A stretch of DNA of 64,000 nucleotides from a virus (Duplodnaviria; Caudoviricetes), in the IMG/VR virus record IMGVR_UViG_3300035208_004396; one strand, 5' to 3'. Under the pieces are notes generated by a model. The model saw only the letters and a list, made by a program, of their open reading frames with translations, made no database searches and was not told the DNA's origin. Below, one piece after another: positions 30,968 through 40,975 of the stretch (position 1 is the stretch's first letter; each line of letters begins with the position of its first letter). Both the position numbers and the translations under genes were made by a program.

Positions 30968-31198
30968 ATGATTGATTATAATAGTAATAATACAAGTAGC
31001 ACTGATAGCACTACCTATATTTTTAATGCAGTTCGGGCTTTGAAAAGTGCCATTTATGAACGTATCGAAGAAGTTAAGAAATTCGAACCACCTAAAGATG
31101 GTACAGCTACTAAGAAGGAAGAAGAAGCATATAAAAAGGGCTATCTTGAAGCATTAACTGATATTACAAAGATAATGCACGAACAGAATCTTCTTTAA
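30968..31198 (+). CDS. Hypothetical protein
   Basis: 76 aa; AGGAG RBS; terminator follows. Confidence 0.6.
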   Translation: MIDYNSNNTSSTDSTTYIFNAVRALKSAIYERIEEVKKFEPPKDGTATKKEEEAYKKGYLEALTDITKIMHEQNLL

Positions 31199-31203
31199 CA
31201 ATT

Positions 31204-31229
31204 AAATCCCGATTAAATCGGGATTTTTT
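31204..31229 (+). terminator. Rho-independent terminator
   Basis: AAATCCCGAT-TAA-ATCGGGATTT plus T-run. Confidence 0.75.
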
Positions 31230-31242
31230 AATAAATATAAAC

Positions 31243-31617
31243 ATGATATTTGGTGATTTAATAAAATTAGCTGAAGCTAAATTAGAAAAAGATAATAATG
31301 TTATTGACTCTAGAGGGGTTGAATTAGTCGATTTTGTAAATAAAACCGAACAAGGAAAATGGTATAAATTCGTAAAGGATGATGTTTATTTAGTTTATAA
31401 CAAACATTATCTCAATATGACTAAGTTACATAACGAAATTATAACAGTTTATAGTCTTAAAGGCTATATAGGTTTAGGTATGTCGAAATTGAGTATAGAA
31501 CAATTATTACGTTATTCTGGAGTGAGATTGCTCATAAAACCATTTTTTCTCGATATAAATCAGAATATAGACCCCAATGTTGTAGCTAATATGTTATTAA
31601 GAAAAGAATATATATGA
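31243..31617 (+). CDS. Hypothetical protein
   Basis: 124-aa ORF. Confidence 0.55.
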   Translation: MIFGDLIKLAEAKLEKDNNVIDSRGVELVDFVNKTEQGKWYKFVKDDVYLVYNKHYLNMTKLHNEIITVYSLKGYIGLGMSKLSIEQLLRYSGVRLLIKPFFLDINQNIDPNVVANMLLRKEYI

Positions 31618-31643
31618 AAATTGCCAGTCTAGATTTATCTATT
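31588..31643 (+). repeat. 56-bp direct repeat duplicating the RuvC start region (copy 1; copy 2 at 31964-32019)
   Basis: AATATGTTATTAAGAAAAGAATATATATGAAAATTGCCAGTCTAGATTTATCTATT vs AATATGTTATTAAGGAAAGACTATATATGAAAATCGCCGGTCTAGATTTATCTATT (4 mismatches). Confidence 0.85.
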
Positions 31644-31665
31644 TTAACTAAAATAAGGAAATAAT

Positions 31666-31812
31666 ATGATCAAACGAGAACCGATAGAATATGATGAAAA
31701 TGGAAACATCATTTATCATAAGTGGAAAGACGGATTAGATGAGTGGTATGATTCTACGGGACATCTTATACATTCTAGAAATAAGGATGGCTATGATATA
31801 TGGTATAAGTAG
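31666..31812 (+). CDS. Small YD-repeat-like protein (48 aa)
   Basis: MIKREPIEYDENGNIIYHKWKDGLDEWYDSTGHLIHSRNKDGYDIWYK; AAGGA RBS; not in ORF track. Confidence 0.6.
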   Translation: MIKREPIEYDENGNIIYHKWKDGLDEWYDSTGHLIHSRNKDGYDIWYK

Positions 31813-31953
31813 ATGAAAACTAGTCTGATCTTTCCATTAATATTGATAATAATAGACCTATTAGCTGGTATAGTTTATGGTTTAGATGGAAATGTCAGAA
31901 AATGTATCTACTGGATAACCGCTGCTATTCTATCTATAACTGTAACTTTTTAA
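31813..31953 (+). CDS. Small two-TM membrane protein (46 aa)
   Basis: MKTSLIFPLILIIIDLLAGIVYGLDGNVRKCIYWITAAILSITVTF. Confidence 0.65.
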   Translation: MKTSLIFPLILIIIDLLAGIVYGLDGNVRKCIYWITAAILSITVTF

Positions 31954-31989
31954 TAATATTACGAATATGTTATTAAGGAAAGACTATAT

Positions 31990-32652
31990 ATGAAAATCGC
32001 CGGTCTAGATTTATCTATTACTAGTAGTGGTGTATCCATTTTAACTATTTCAGATCACTTCGATGTTACAAATGTAGAAGCTTTTGGTTTCACAGAACAT
32101 CGTAAATATTCAACTAATCATATAATTTTCTATAAAAATGACGATTTCCGTGATCATTATGACAAGTTTTTCTTCATGTTCAAATACATTTTAGACTGGG
32201 TAAAAGATTGCGATTATGTAGCCGTAGAAGATTATGCTATGGGTTCAACTGGCGCTACTGGTATGATATTCGATTTAGGTGAATTTGAAGGTTTCATCAG
32301 ATTAAGTTTATTCGAACAACGAAAAAAGCTAAGATTTTATGCTATAAATTCGATCAAAAAATTCTGGACTGGCTATGGTTTATCTGATAAAATTTCAATG
32401 TATAATGCATTTATAAATTTTAATGGTATAAAACCTGACATTTCGCAATTTAAACCAGTAACTAATGGTCATGGTTCGAAAACAATATCCGATATAGTAG
32501 ATAGTTTTGCTATAGTAATGATGCTTTTAACCGAACTACAATACCGAGCTAAGATTAAAACTATTACTAGTGATGTCGATAAAGCTATTTTCTTGGGTTC
32601 TAAGAAAAATACGGGAATTTTAGCTCACGATTTTATCGAAAAGCTTGAATGA
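31990..32652 (+). CDS. RuvC-like Holliday junction resolvase
   Basis: AGLDLSITSSG, VAVEDYA, DLGE, IKKFWTG.G.SDK, DIVDS. Confidence 0.85.
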   Translation: MKIAGLDLSITSSGVSILTISDHFDVTNVEAFGFTEHRKYSTNHIIFYKNDDFRDHYDKFFFMFKYILDWVKDCDYVAVEDYAMGSTGATGMIFDLGEFEGFIRLSLFEQRKKLRFYAINSIKKFWTGYGLSDKISMYNAFINFNGIKPDISQFKPVTNGHGSKTISDIVDSFAIVMMLLTELQYRAKIKTITSDVDKAIFLGSKKNTGILAHDFIEKLE

Positions 32653-32782
32653 TTTTCTTATATTTAAAGTATGCCTAATAAAGAAAACAAAAATCAAAGA
32701 AAACTGAGAATATATCTAACAAACAACTCTAGTTTGTTAAAGACTAGAGTCATTAAATCTAAAAAATTATATTCTCGGAAAA

Positions 32783-33211
32783 TTAAATACCGGTAGAACC
32801 AAAACCGGATCGATTTTTCTCATTGGATAAAGAATCTTCTATAAAATCTATATTTTCTTGTTTTTTATATAATCTGAACTGACAAATACGTGTATTTTTA
32901 GGTATAAATACAGTTCGTGTAGCTAATGCTGGAAAACGCCATAGATCATCGGGTCCACAATATGAATTGTCTATAATACCAACACCATTAGTTTGTATTA
33001 TTCCATAATTAGAAAAAGTAGAACTTCTAGGAACTATATGAGCTTCATAACCTTCCGGCAATTTCATAGCTACACCCAAATTTATCAACTTGAAATCATT
33101 TTTCAAGAGATTTACATCGGAATAAGTGTATAAATCATACCAATCCGATTTATTTCCTTCTACTTTAACTATCTTGGTAGCATTTTCGAGATATTTTATT
33201 TTGATATTCAT
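32783..33211 (-). CDS. dut: dUTPase (trimeric)
   Basis: WYDL, PRSST, GIIDNSYCG, RICQF, RSGFGSTG. Confidence 0.95.
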   Translation of the reverse strand: MNIKIKYLENATKIVKVEGNKSDWYDLYTYSDVNLLKNDFKLINLGVAMKLPEGYEAHIVPRSSTFSNYGIIQTNGVGIIDNSYCGPDDLWRFPALATRTVFIPKNTRICQFRLYKKQENIDFIEDSLSNEKNRSGFGSTGI

Positions 33212-34050
33212 TTTAACTCCGTATTGTCAAATTCTATTGATTTTGTTAAGTCGGGTATTTCTGATAAAATGTTAGTTAAACCCGCAGCCATTAAATATGA
33301 CATAATGTTAGTTTTTTCATGTTTATAAGAGTTATAGGCATTAATTATTTCATCTTCTATTTCTTTAGGTATAGCATCGAAACTAATCAGTTTATAATTA
33401 AGATCGAATCTTTCAGTAAGACCTTCTTTTTTAAGCCAAGCATTCAGATCAGCATGTTCTACTATAGCATTTGCTGTCTTTAAACCTATTTTCGGTCGTA
33501 CATTCGGGATATTGTCGCTTTTATCCCCTTTCAATACTTTAGCCAGAAGAAAATTAGTTGAATTTGTAACTTCTATAAAAGAATTCGTACGGGGATTGAA
33601 TTGTTTATAACCAGGATATTTATACAACTGATAAAAATCAGTGTCTGTACTTATAACAGTTACATTGCCTTTAATATGTTTGACTAAAACTCCAATGACA
33701 TCATCGGCTTCTGCACCGGTAACTTCTATGAATTTAGCTTTATACATGATTTTTTTGAGATTCTTTACTAAATCATCTAACATTTTATAATAATCTTTGA
33801 AATCTATGCCGGATTTATCTCTTTTATTGGCTCTGTCAGCTTTATAACCGTCAAAGATCTTCTTACGCCAATTATCACCACCTTCTAATGCAAAAATAGT
33901 TCGACCTTCGAATTTTTTAATAAATCTAGTGAATGTATTAACCAATTTATATTTGAACAAAGCATAATCATCATCTTTAAGTTCTAAAGTTGGAATAGAA
34001 TACAAAATCTGAGAAGCTATATTAGAAAAATCTACGATTAAATAATCCAT
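33208..34050 (-). CDS. rnh: 5'-3' exonuclease / T4 RNase H-like
   Basis: LIVDFSN, WRK...YKADR, EADDVIG, STDTDFYQL, GDKSDNIP, IGLKTA. Confidence 0.92.
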   Translation of the reverse strand: MDYLIVDFSNIASQILYSIPTLELKDDDYALFKYKLVNTFTRFIKKFEGRTIFALEGGDNWRKKIFDGYKADRANKRDKSGIDFKDYYKMLDDLVKNLKKIMYKAKFIEVTGAEADDVIGVLVKHIKGNVTVISTDTDFYQLYKYPGYKQFNPRTNSFIEVTNSTNFLLAKVLKGDKSDNIPNVRPKIGLKTANAIVEHADLNAWLKKEGLTERFDLNYKLISFDAIPKEIEDEIINAYNSYKHEKTNIMSYLMAAGLTNILSEIPDLTKSIEFDNTELK

Positions 34051-34109
34051 AATCGAAATATAAGTTATTCAAGAAAAAACATATTCGTGAAAAATATATA
34101 TTATCAAAT

Positions 34110-34595
34110 ATGATTAATTTAGCTGGTTTTATTCAAGAAAGTATAGTCGATGGTCCTGGTATGCGTTCAACTATTTTCGTTCAAGGTTGTAAAAGACACT
34201 GCCCGGGTTGTCAAAATCCTAAAACTTGGTCGTTCGAAACTAAAGAATTAGTGAAAACAGACGATCTTTATTCACGTATAATTAAGGATAGCATTATTAC
34301 AGGTGTAACACTAAGTGGAGGTGAACCTTTCGAACAATCCGAAGAATTGTTGGATCTAGTTAAAAAACTAAGCCCCAAATATAATATCATGATCTATTCG
34401 GGTTATACTTATGAAGAACTTATTCGTGATCCTATTAAATCTGAATTATTATTCGAAACCGATTTTCTTGTCGACGGGGCATTTATCGAAGAGTTAAAAG
34501 ATTTAAGTTTACGTTTCAGAGGTAGTTCGAATCAGCGAATTATCGATGTAAAGAAATCTATAGTAGAAAATGAAATCATTTTAGCAAATATATAG
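34110..34595 (+). CDS. nrdG: Anaerobic RNR activase (radical SAM)
   Basis: SIVDGPG, QGC..HC.GC.N, GVTLSGGEP, LVDG.F, FRGSSNQR. Confidence 0.95.
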   Translation: MINLAGFIQESIVDGPGMRSTIFVQGCKRHCPGCQNPKTWSFETKELVKTDDLYSRIIKDSIITGVTLSGGEPFEQSEELLDLVKKLSPKYNIMIYSGYTYEELIRDPIKSELLFETDFLVDGAFIEELKDLSLRFRGSSNQRIIDVKKSIVENEIILANI

Positions 34596-34599
34596 TTAT

Positions 34600-35253
34600 A
34601 TGAATGATACTGTATTTTTCAAAAATAAAGAATTAGTATCTATGTTTTTTGGTAATAAAAAGGTCAATCAAATCTTTTTTGGGACAAAAATGGTTTGGTC
34701 TGACGAAGGTACAAGCCTAGAACCTACATTGTTAGACCGAGATATATGGGCTAGAGAGTTTTCCACTGAAACTCAAACTAATAGTAGATGCACGGGATTC
34801 ATTTTTTATACACCTACAGTTACTCATTCGTGGTCAGGTATTCAGGGTAAAAGTATAATAGCTAACTTATACAATCCAATCTGTGGAATTGCCGAACTAT
34901 CAGATAATATGGATGGTACATATTTGATGACTAAATGGCTTTATGTAGATAATTCTCAAAATTCTGTTAATGATACCGGTGAAATTATAGATGGTAATGA
35001 GATATATTATATGAAAAACACATATAACAGTTCAAAATTAATAAATTCTTGGGATGGTAACTTTACCGTTGGTAAACTATATGCCATAACAATAGTCGAA
35101 AGATATGTACCTTACAGTGTAGTAACAGGTGATAAAACTACATTAGTAAGTGCAACATCTAAAGGCTTTGAAGACTGGGAAATTGGCGATAATCAATGGC
35201 TTATTAACTTGAGAGTGAGTTCTCATAAAATATATGGTGAAATTTTAGTATGA
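34600..35253 (+). CDS. Hypothetical structural (fibre-associated) protein
   Basis: N-terminal FFG.K.V..IFFG...VW motif of the kind seen in tail-associated proteins. Confidence 0.5.
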   Translation: MNDTVFFKNKELVSMFFGNKKVNQIFFGTKMVWSDEGTSLEPTLLDRDIWAREFSTETQTNSRCTGFIFYTPTVTHSWSGIQGKSIIANLYNPICGIAELSDNMDGTYLMTKWLYVDNSQNSVNDTGEIIDGNEIYYMKNTYNSSKLINSWDGNFTVGKLYAITIVERYVPYSVVTGDKTTLVSATSKGFEDWEIGDNQWLINLRVSSHKIYGEILV

Positions 35254-35313
35254 TTTATTCTTTTAATGCAACAACATTGGTAGATTTTACAGTTTCGATT
35301 AAGTCAGTTAATT

Positions 35314-35685
35314 ATGATCTATTTTGCTGCAAATAATATAATATCGGATACTTTTTATTCTAAATCCTGTATTATAGGTGAAACTAATAATCTTATAAGA
35401 CGACAAACTGAATACTCCTACAAAGGTATATCTGTTCAAACGGGCACTATTTCGAATTATATGAACGAAAAAGGACTAGCTTTTCCTTTTGTAACTTATT
35501 TCAACTCCGATTTGCACGATAGAGATATTCATTTATTAATGCTAGAAAAACCATTTCGTGATATAGTATATAAACTACCTTATTCGGCATTAAATACTAA
35601 AGAAGCTTTCGCATTTTATAGCGAAAGCTTGGATATTAAGTACAATATCTTAAGATTAAAAGATCTTATTCTAGCCAGTTTTTAG
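35314..35685 (+). CDS. Hypothetical protein, weak GIY-YIG/T5orf172-like
   Basis: MIY...IIGETNNL.RR..EY. Confidence 0.35.
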   Translation: MIYFAANNIISDTFYSKSCIIGETNNLIRRQTEYSYKGISVQTGTISNYMNEKGLAFPFVTYFNSDLHDRDIHLLMLEKPFRDIVYKLPYSALNTKEAFAFYSESLDIKYNILRLKDLILASF

Positions 35686-36436
35686 CCGATTTAGGTCTAG
35701 ATATAGTCTTTATGAATTCGATGAAGGCATCTTTTATTTTCTTAGAACCTCCATTATCCAAAGTAGTTTTGAATACTTTAGCAGCATCGTCTACTACTTT
35801 TATTGTAGCTTTATCTAAAGTCAAATCTGGTAATTCATTACCCTTTACTACATCAGATTTAGGTTCTTTCTTCTCGACATATAATCCCGTTTTCTCATTC
35901 AATACCCATTTATAACATTCATTAACAGCATCTACATAAGCATCTTGACATGAAGGTTGTAACACAACATCAATGGTTATCAATTTGAAATTTTCAGTAA
36001 CATAGTTATCAGCATCCAAATCCCCGACACCACGACTAGATACACCTAATCTGACATCATCGCGCATCAAACTAGAAACTATTATGCCATTAGGAGTATG
36101 TAATACTTTGGCTTTTCCTATAGCAAAATTACCATCCATTTGAAGTTCTTCTATTAAAATCGCAGAACTCTTAGGATCAATAGCAGATGAATCGGGATGA
36201 TCTAATTCACCTAAACTTTCGTGATTTTTAATTAAAGATTGGAAAGAATTACATTCGCGTTCGATTATCTTATGTTTGTATATACGACCATTTCGATTTC
36301 TTTTTTCTGCCCCCATAAATGGCCCTTTAAGATACATATTAGTATTATCTTTACTATCACTAATGTATTTCAAATTCTCGGCTATTTCACGGTCATAAGC
36401 CTCATTAAACAATCTTAACATATATTTTCCTCTCAA
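35666..36436 (-). CDS. gp21: Prohead core protease, T4 gp21-like
   Basis: GPFM.AE..NRNGRIY, LGELDHP, TPNG, LGVSSRG.G, DVV..PS. Confidence 0.95.
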   Translation of the reverse strand: MRGKYMLRLFNEAYDREIAENLKYISDSKDNTNMYLKGPFMGAEKRNRNGRIYKHKIIERECNSFQSLIKNHESLGELDHPDSSAIDPKSSAILIEELQMDGNFAIGKAKVLHTPNGIIVSSLMRDDVRLGVSSRGVGDLDADNYVTENFKLITIDVVLQPSCQDAYVDAVNECYKWVLNEKTGLYVEKKEPKSDVVKGNELPDLTLDKATIKVVDDAAKVFKTTLDNGGSKKIKDAFIEFIKTISRPKSAKNWLE

Positions 36437-36585
36437 TTATATATATTTGAATGTACCAAAGCTGTAACCTTAGTGATCGAATTGTACTAAAATATAATCG
36501 AGTTGAATTTAAAATAGATGTTGTTTATTTACACAAAAACTGCCGTTTAAGACAATTTTTATCAATAGGGTATAAACATATAGGT

Positions 36586-37779
36586 TTATCTGAAATCGAC
36601 TATATTTACACGTTTATTGCTTAAATTTAGCTCATTATTAAGATACTTAGAGATTTGTTTTATGAAGTATTCTACTGTATTAACAGGGACATTTCTACCG
36701 ATGAACCTACAAGATTCACGATATTCCACATTGGGTACTGGGAAATCCTCGGGCATACCAAATAATCTCAAACCATCACGTCTGGATATTTGTCTATGTC
36801 TTATTATATTTACATCACGATAAAATGTCTTGAATAAAATAGCCCCGATGTAATCTACGGGGATATGTATATCGTCCATTTCAAACCAACCTCGTTTAAC
36901 CTTGATTCGTTCGGTGATTTTATCTATCTTTTTAAATTCTTTATCGTTTTTAGCTATACTTTTAAGCAGAGTGCAATCTTCCAAATCGAAAGTTCTAGCA
37001 AAACGACGTTTTTTCAATAAATCACACAATATATCGAAATAATCAGAACCATATTTAGCTTTAGCAAATCTGACATATAATTTGTCAGTGAAAGATTTTT
37101 GCAATTGATCTTCGTTTTCTTCTGGCGGATATTTAGCTAAAAAATCCTTTAACAATACTCTTTTTTCGTGAAAATTCTCAAAAATAGGACAATTAGACTT
37201 AACGAAAATAACCATTGTCCTTGGTCGTTTATGAGGCAAACCATAATTTCTAGTATCAACTTTAATATAACTGACCGAATAACCTTCGATATTTGCTATA
37301 TTATTAATCTTAACTCTTAAATCTTCACCTATTTCTTCAGAAAGACCAATTCCATTTTCATACATGAATACTTTTGGTTTCAAAGATAAAGCAAACTGTA
37401 CACATAATAATTGATAATCGTTAAGATGACAATCCGATGATGCTCTATTTTCTCCCTTAAAACCTTGATTCATCATAGATAAACCAGAACATTTCGGACA
37501 TGATACGATTAAATCTAAATTGGAAATATCTAGTTTATTAAAATCAGATTTAGTATTTTCATCTATAAATGGCCAAAACTCAGACTTTTTATCTAAATCC
37601 GGGTCGCTTAAAGATAAATATGGTCCAGAATAACCATGTTTAACTGCATAATTGTGATATAAATCACATACTTTTTTCAATTTTTGAAATGCTAAAATCG
37701 CAATAGGTTTAGATTTAGTTACATTCTCAACACCTAAAGCAATACCACCCAAATTAGGTTGAATTACAATATACTTCAT
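36586..37779 (-). CDS. DNA cytosine-C5 methyltransferase (divergent)
   Basis: QPNLGG (motif I variant), PKCSGLS (motif IV), YENG (VI), GLPHKRPRT (VIII), RLFGMPEDF, IGRNVPV. Confidence 0.8.
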   Translation of the reverse strand: MKYIVIQPNLGGIALGVENVTKSKPIAILAFQKLKKVCDLYHNYAVKHGYSGPYLSLSDPDLDKKSEFWPFIDENTKSDFNKLDISNLDLIVSCPKCSGLSMMNQGFKGENRASSDCHLNDYQLLCVQFALSLKPKVFMYENGIGLSEEIGEDLRVKINNIANIEGYSVSYIKVDTRNYGLPHKRPRTMVIFVKSNCPIFENFHEKRVLLKDFLAKYPPEENEDQLQKSFTDKLYVRFAKAKYGSDYFDILCDLLKKRRFARTFDLEDCTLLKSIAKNDKEFKKIDKITERIKVKRGWFEMDDIHIPVDYIGAILFKTFYRDVNIIRHRQISRRDGLRLFGMPEDFPVPNVEYRESCRFIGRNVPVNTVEYFIKQISKYLNNELNLSNKRVNIVDFR

Positions 37780-37831
37780 ATAATTAAAATATATAAAAAA
37801 AGACCCATATTAAATAGGTCTTTTTTATTCA

Positions 37832-38119
37832 TTAAAACTTAACTTTTGTATGTTCCATTAGCCAATCGATAATATCATCTACTTTAGCTTCAGCATCGAA
37901 ATATTCAAGATACCTATCTGACATAGCAATAACGACCTTTATAACTGGTTCATGATCCATAGTCATCAATGACATAGAAAAGTGAGTTTTACCACGTTCA
38001 ACCCAAATTGTAATAGGTCCTTCATCGATAGTAGAAATATTGAAACCTTGTGCCTTATATACATTAGTAATATAATCCATAGTTTGTATAAGTTTTCTAG
38101 CCAAAATAAAATTATCCAT
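37832..38119 (-). CDS. Hypothetical protein
   Basis: 95 aa; AGGAG RBS. Confidence 0.6.
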   Translation of the reverse strand: MDNFILARKLIQTMDYITNVYKAQGFNISTIDEGPITIWVERGKTHFSMSLMTMDHEPVIKVVIAMSDRYLEYFDAEAKVDDIIDWLMEHTKVKF

Positions 38120-38135
38120 ATTTTCTCCTTATAAT

Positions 38136-38684
38136 TTATTTATCAATAACTTCAATAGAAGTAATGTTATCGATGTTTATGTTCATTACCTTTAGTACAG
38201 TATCATCAATTGTCTTTAACTTAGGCTTCAGGAAATTCTTATACTTAGGATCATGGATATTAATTTTATTCTTATCATGATAGTATTCAACGATATTGTC
38301 ATGTGAAGTAGAATATACACGGAGATATAATTTTCCAGAATTAGCATTCTTCAAGATAATTCCTTCGTATCCAGGAACCCATTCTCCTATCTTATTATGA
38401 CCAACCTGGATAAGGTCAACAGGTTTTTTCATCTTTTCAGCAATAAGATCAGGATAATGATAATCTGTACCAGCAAAACTAAAAATAGTAGAATACTTCT
38501 TAATATCTTCGGTTAGGAATCGAAATTTTGAACTGAAAGTGTTCAATCCCCGTCCTTTATTAAAAGGAGAATCGTATCTTGCAGTCTTGATAATGATGTT
38601 ATGTTTGCCAGTGAGCATTTTCTTTATTTCTGATAATGTGATATTCATATTATCAAATATAAAAAATAACATAGCAAATCGCAA
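38136..38684 (-). CDS. Hypothetical protein (start probably ATG at 38648)
   Basis: The annotated 5' end overlaps a TTGCGA-N17-TATATT promoter-like sequence. Confidence 0.55.
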   Translation of the reverse strand: MRFAMLFFIFDNMNITLSEIKKMLTGKHNIIIKTARYDSPFNKGRGLNTFSSKFRFLTEDIKKYSTIFSFAGTDYHYPDLIAEKMKKPVDLIQVGHNKIGEWVPGYEGIILKNANSGKLYLRVYSTSHDNIVEYYHDKNKINIHDPKYKNFLKPKLKTIDDTVLKVMNINIDNITSIEVIDK

Positions 38685-38881
38685 TAATATTACGCTTTCT
38701 TTTTAGCCCAATTTGCAAATGTTTTTATGCAACCAGCAGTATTTAATGTGGAAATATCATTTTCACAAAATTTACTAGCCGGGCAAAATACACATGACAG
38801 AGGTCTATTTTTGAATACCTCTATTGCATGATCAGTATTTTCATTCAGAGTTGATAACTTTAGCAAATCTATCCTAATTCG

Positions 38882-39193
38882 TCACATCTTATCATCTTCT
38901 AAATTTCCAGGAATTTCGGCACAATACTGCCAAAAATCATTAGTAGTAATAATTGGATATGGTCTATTAATAAAAACTCCTAGTACATCATCCATAATAA
39001 CCCTATTTTTATCGCACCAAACCAACATTTTCTTAGGTTTTTCAAAAATAACAGATTTTTTGAAGATAATTTGCTTAACATTATCTAGCCTTTTGCCATT
39101 TTCTAATAATACAACACTAACCTGTTTTTCGATGGGTTTTTCATTTTCATTTTCCCACAGCATTTTCCAAATAAGTCTTTTTGTGTTTTTCAT
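38882..39193 (-). CDS. Hypothetical protein
   Basis: 103 aa; PKKMLVW.D and W.YCAEI motifs. Confidence 0.6.
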   Translation of the reverse strand: MKNTKRLIWKMLWENENEKPIEKQVSVVLLENGKRLDNVKQIIFKKSVIFEKPKKMLVWCDKNRVIMDDVLGVFINRPYPIITTNDFWQYCAEIPGNLEDDKM

Positions 39194-39362
39194 TTTAAAT
39201 TTCCTTTATGATTCAGCAACACATTTAGATTCTACAAAATTGATAAATTCTTGTACACTTTCGGCAAACTCATATATGTTTATATCGTTTGTTTCTACTG
39301 CAAGACTCATCTTATACTCTAGCTTATTTTTAGCTCTTTCGAATTCTTTCTTATCGATCATT

Positions 39363-39821
39363 TTACACTCCCATTTCAGCAAAAGCTGTACTATAACTAT
39401 TAAATAACCATTTCTCTATCTCAAAAATCGGTTTATATTCAAAACTAGATACTTCGGGCAACATTTTACCATTTTTATCAGGGAAAAAGCTATTACATTT
39501 ATAAGATTTAATATCTGGCATATCTTCAGGTAATAGTTTAATCATGAACAGGATAAGATCTTTATCCTTTCTATATTTCATCGGTTCATCAGAGAACGGA
39601 TACGCGGCTTCTTTATACTTATCAAAAGAATATCCTGTTTCTTCTCGAGCCTCTCTAAATGCACAAGTAAGATAATCTTCACCAATTTCAACATTACCTT
39701 TAGGTAAATCGTAATTGTTTTCTGATTTTTCTCGTCCAGTAGGCAGTTCGGCTAAAAACCGTACACCATCTGTTATTAAAAGTCCAGCAGATATCATATT
39801 AACCCTCAAATAAGATTTCAT
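39363..39821 (-). CDS. NUDIX hydrolase
   Basis: LPKG.VE.GE....CA.REAREETG Nudix box. Confidence 0.9.
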   Translation of the reverse strand: MKSYLRVNMISAGLLITDGVRFLAELPTGREKSENNYDLPKGNVEIGEDYLTCAFREAREETGYSFDKYKEAAYPFSDEPMKYRKDKDLILFMIKLLPEDMPDIKSYKCNSFFPDKNGKMLPEVSSFEYKPIFEIEKWLFNSYSTAFAEMGV

Positions 39822-40083
39822 TTCCTTTCCAGATGAATTCGGGACAATAATCTTTAATTCTATGTGACCCTTTGTAACGCATCATGGGTACATCTAGATA
39901 TTTACATACTTTTTCAAAACTTACCGAAAAAACTTTAATCTCATTAGTTCCACCAGGATATTCGGAGTCACTCCAAAGAAACCGGCCAATAGATGTTTCT
40001 ATGTAGAACGTATGTCCAAAATCCCAGTAAAACTCACCGATTAGATTTCCAAGTTCTTCACGTCTTAATTCAGTAATATTCAT
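39799..40083 (-). CDS. Hypothetical protein
   Basis: 94-aa ORF. Confidence 0.55.
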   Translation of the reverse strand: MNITELRREELGNLIGEFYWDFGHTFYIETSIGRFLWSDSEYPGGTNEIKVFSVSFEKVCKYLDVPMMRYKGSHRIKDYCPEFIWKGNEILFEG

Positions 40084-40125
40084 ATTAGTCTCATTGTTAT
40101 TAAAAAATTACCAAAAGAAATAAAA

Positions 40126-40299
40126 TTATTTTACCGCGATGCACTTGAATACGAATTCTTCATTATTGTGATACATAGATTCAACTTCCTTGCTATAGGC
40201 AATGCAAGTTTTTTGACTAGAAAATCCCTGCACCACAGTAAGTGTCGGCGAAGCGGAGCATGCCCCAAGGCAATTTAGAATAATGAATAATGACCACAT
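40126..40299 (-). CDS. Small exported protein (57 aa)
   Basis: MWSLFIILNCLGACSASPTL...FSSQKTCIA...C; AAGGA RBS; not in ORF track. Confidence 0.5.
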   Translation of the reverse strand: MWSLFIILNCLGACSASPTLTVVQGFSSQKTCIAYSKEVESMYHNNEEFVFKCIAVK

Positions 40300-40306
40300 A
40301 AATTCC

Positions 40307-40519
40307 TTATTTTTTGATGAATGTAAAATGATTTTTTATCATATATTCGGATGCCTCTTTATATGTAACATCGCAATAGTTTACATCAGCATGACTAAGA
40401 CATGCTTCATATTTTGTAACATCCGGCTGCATACTACTTACATCTATCCTCATACCAATAAGTATTCCTAGTGCTACTAACATTGTTCCTATAACTAAAG
40501 CCCAACCTACATTGTCCAT
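40307..40519 (-). CDS. Small membrane-anchored protein
   Basis: N-terminal TM helix; AGGAG RBS. Confidence 0.6.
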   Translation of the reverse strand: MDNVGWALVIGTMLVALGILIGMRIDVSSMQPDVTKYEACLSHADVNYCDVTYKEASEYMIKNHFTFIKK

Positions 40520-40541
40520 AAAATCTCCTATCTGATTGATA

Positions 40542-40934
40542 TTAGTTAGTTTTCGTATTGGTATTATTTTTTAGATTAACTTCAATAGCATCAAGCAAAT
40601 CATCAACCCGTTTAGGAATATTGGTATTTTTTTCAATTTGTTCGGCTAAATTTGCTCCAGCTGCAACATAAACTGTATCTTTAGTTGGAGTTACTATAGC
40701 AATAATGCTTAGGAACATTAGAATAACAATGCTCAGAATGATACGTCTCTTACTTCTATGAATAATCTCATCTTTTTCATTTTGAATGCAGCATTCCTCA
40801 TAAATGAGGTATGTAAATACACCATATACTACTAGAGCTAGGATTCCTAAGGTTAATACTGCAGCTAGGAAGGTCGAGATACCATTTACAATATCTCCAA
40901 ACCACATCATTTTAACGATTGCTGAATAATTCAT
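40542..40934 (-). CDS. Two-TM membrane protein
   Basis: Two hydrophobic segments followed by PTKDT; AAGGAG RBS. Confidence 0.65.
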   Translation of the reverse strand: MNYSAIVKMMWFGDIVNGISTFLAAVLTLGILALVVYGVFTYLIYEECCIQNEKDEIIHRSKRRIILSIVILMFLSIIAIVTPTKDTVYVAAGANLAEQIEKNTNIPKRVDDLLDAIEVNLKNNTNTKTN

Positions 40935-40975
40935 GTTATATCTCCTTTTTAATAATGCATAAAATATACATCATT

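Noticed and set aside
38690-38885. Possible frameshifted small gene (GTG ACG AAT-t-AGG ATA... reading MTNRIDLLK...CVFCP...C...C...W)
   Set aside because: Needs removal of one base or a downstream TTG start; cannot separate pseudogene from sequencing error, so not called
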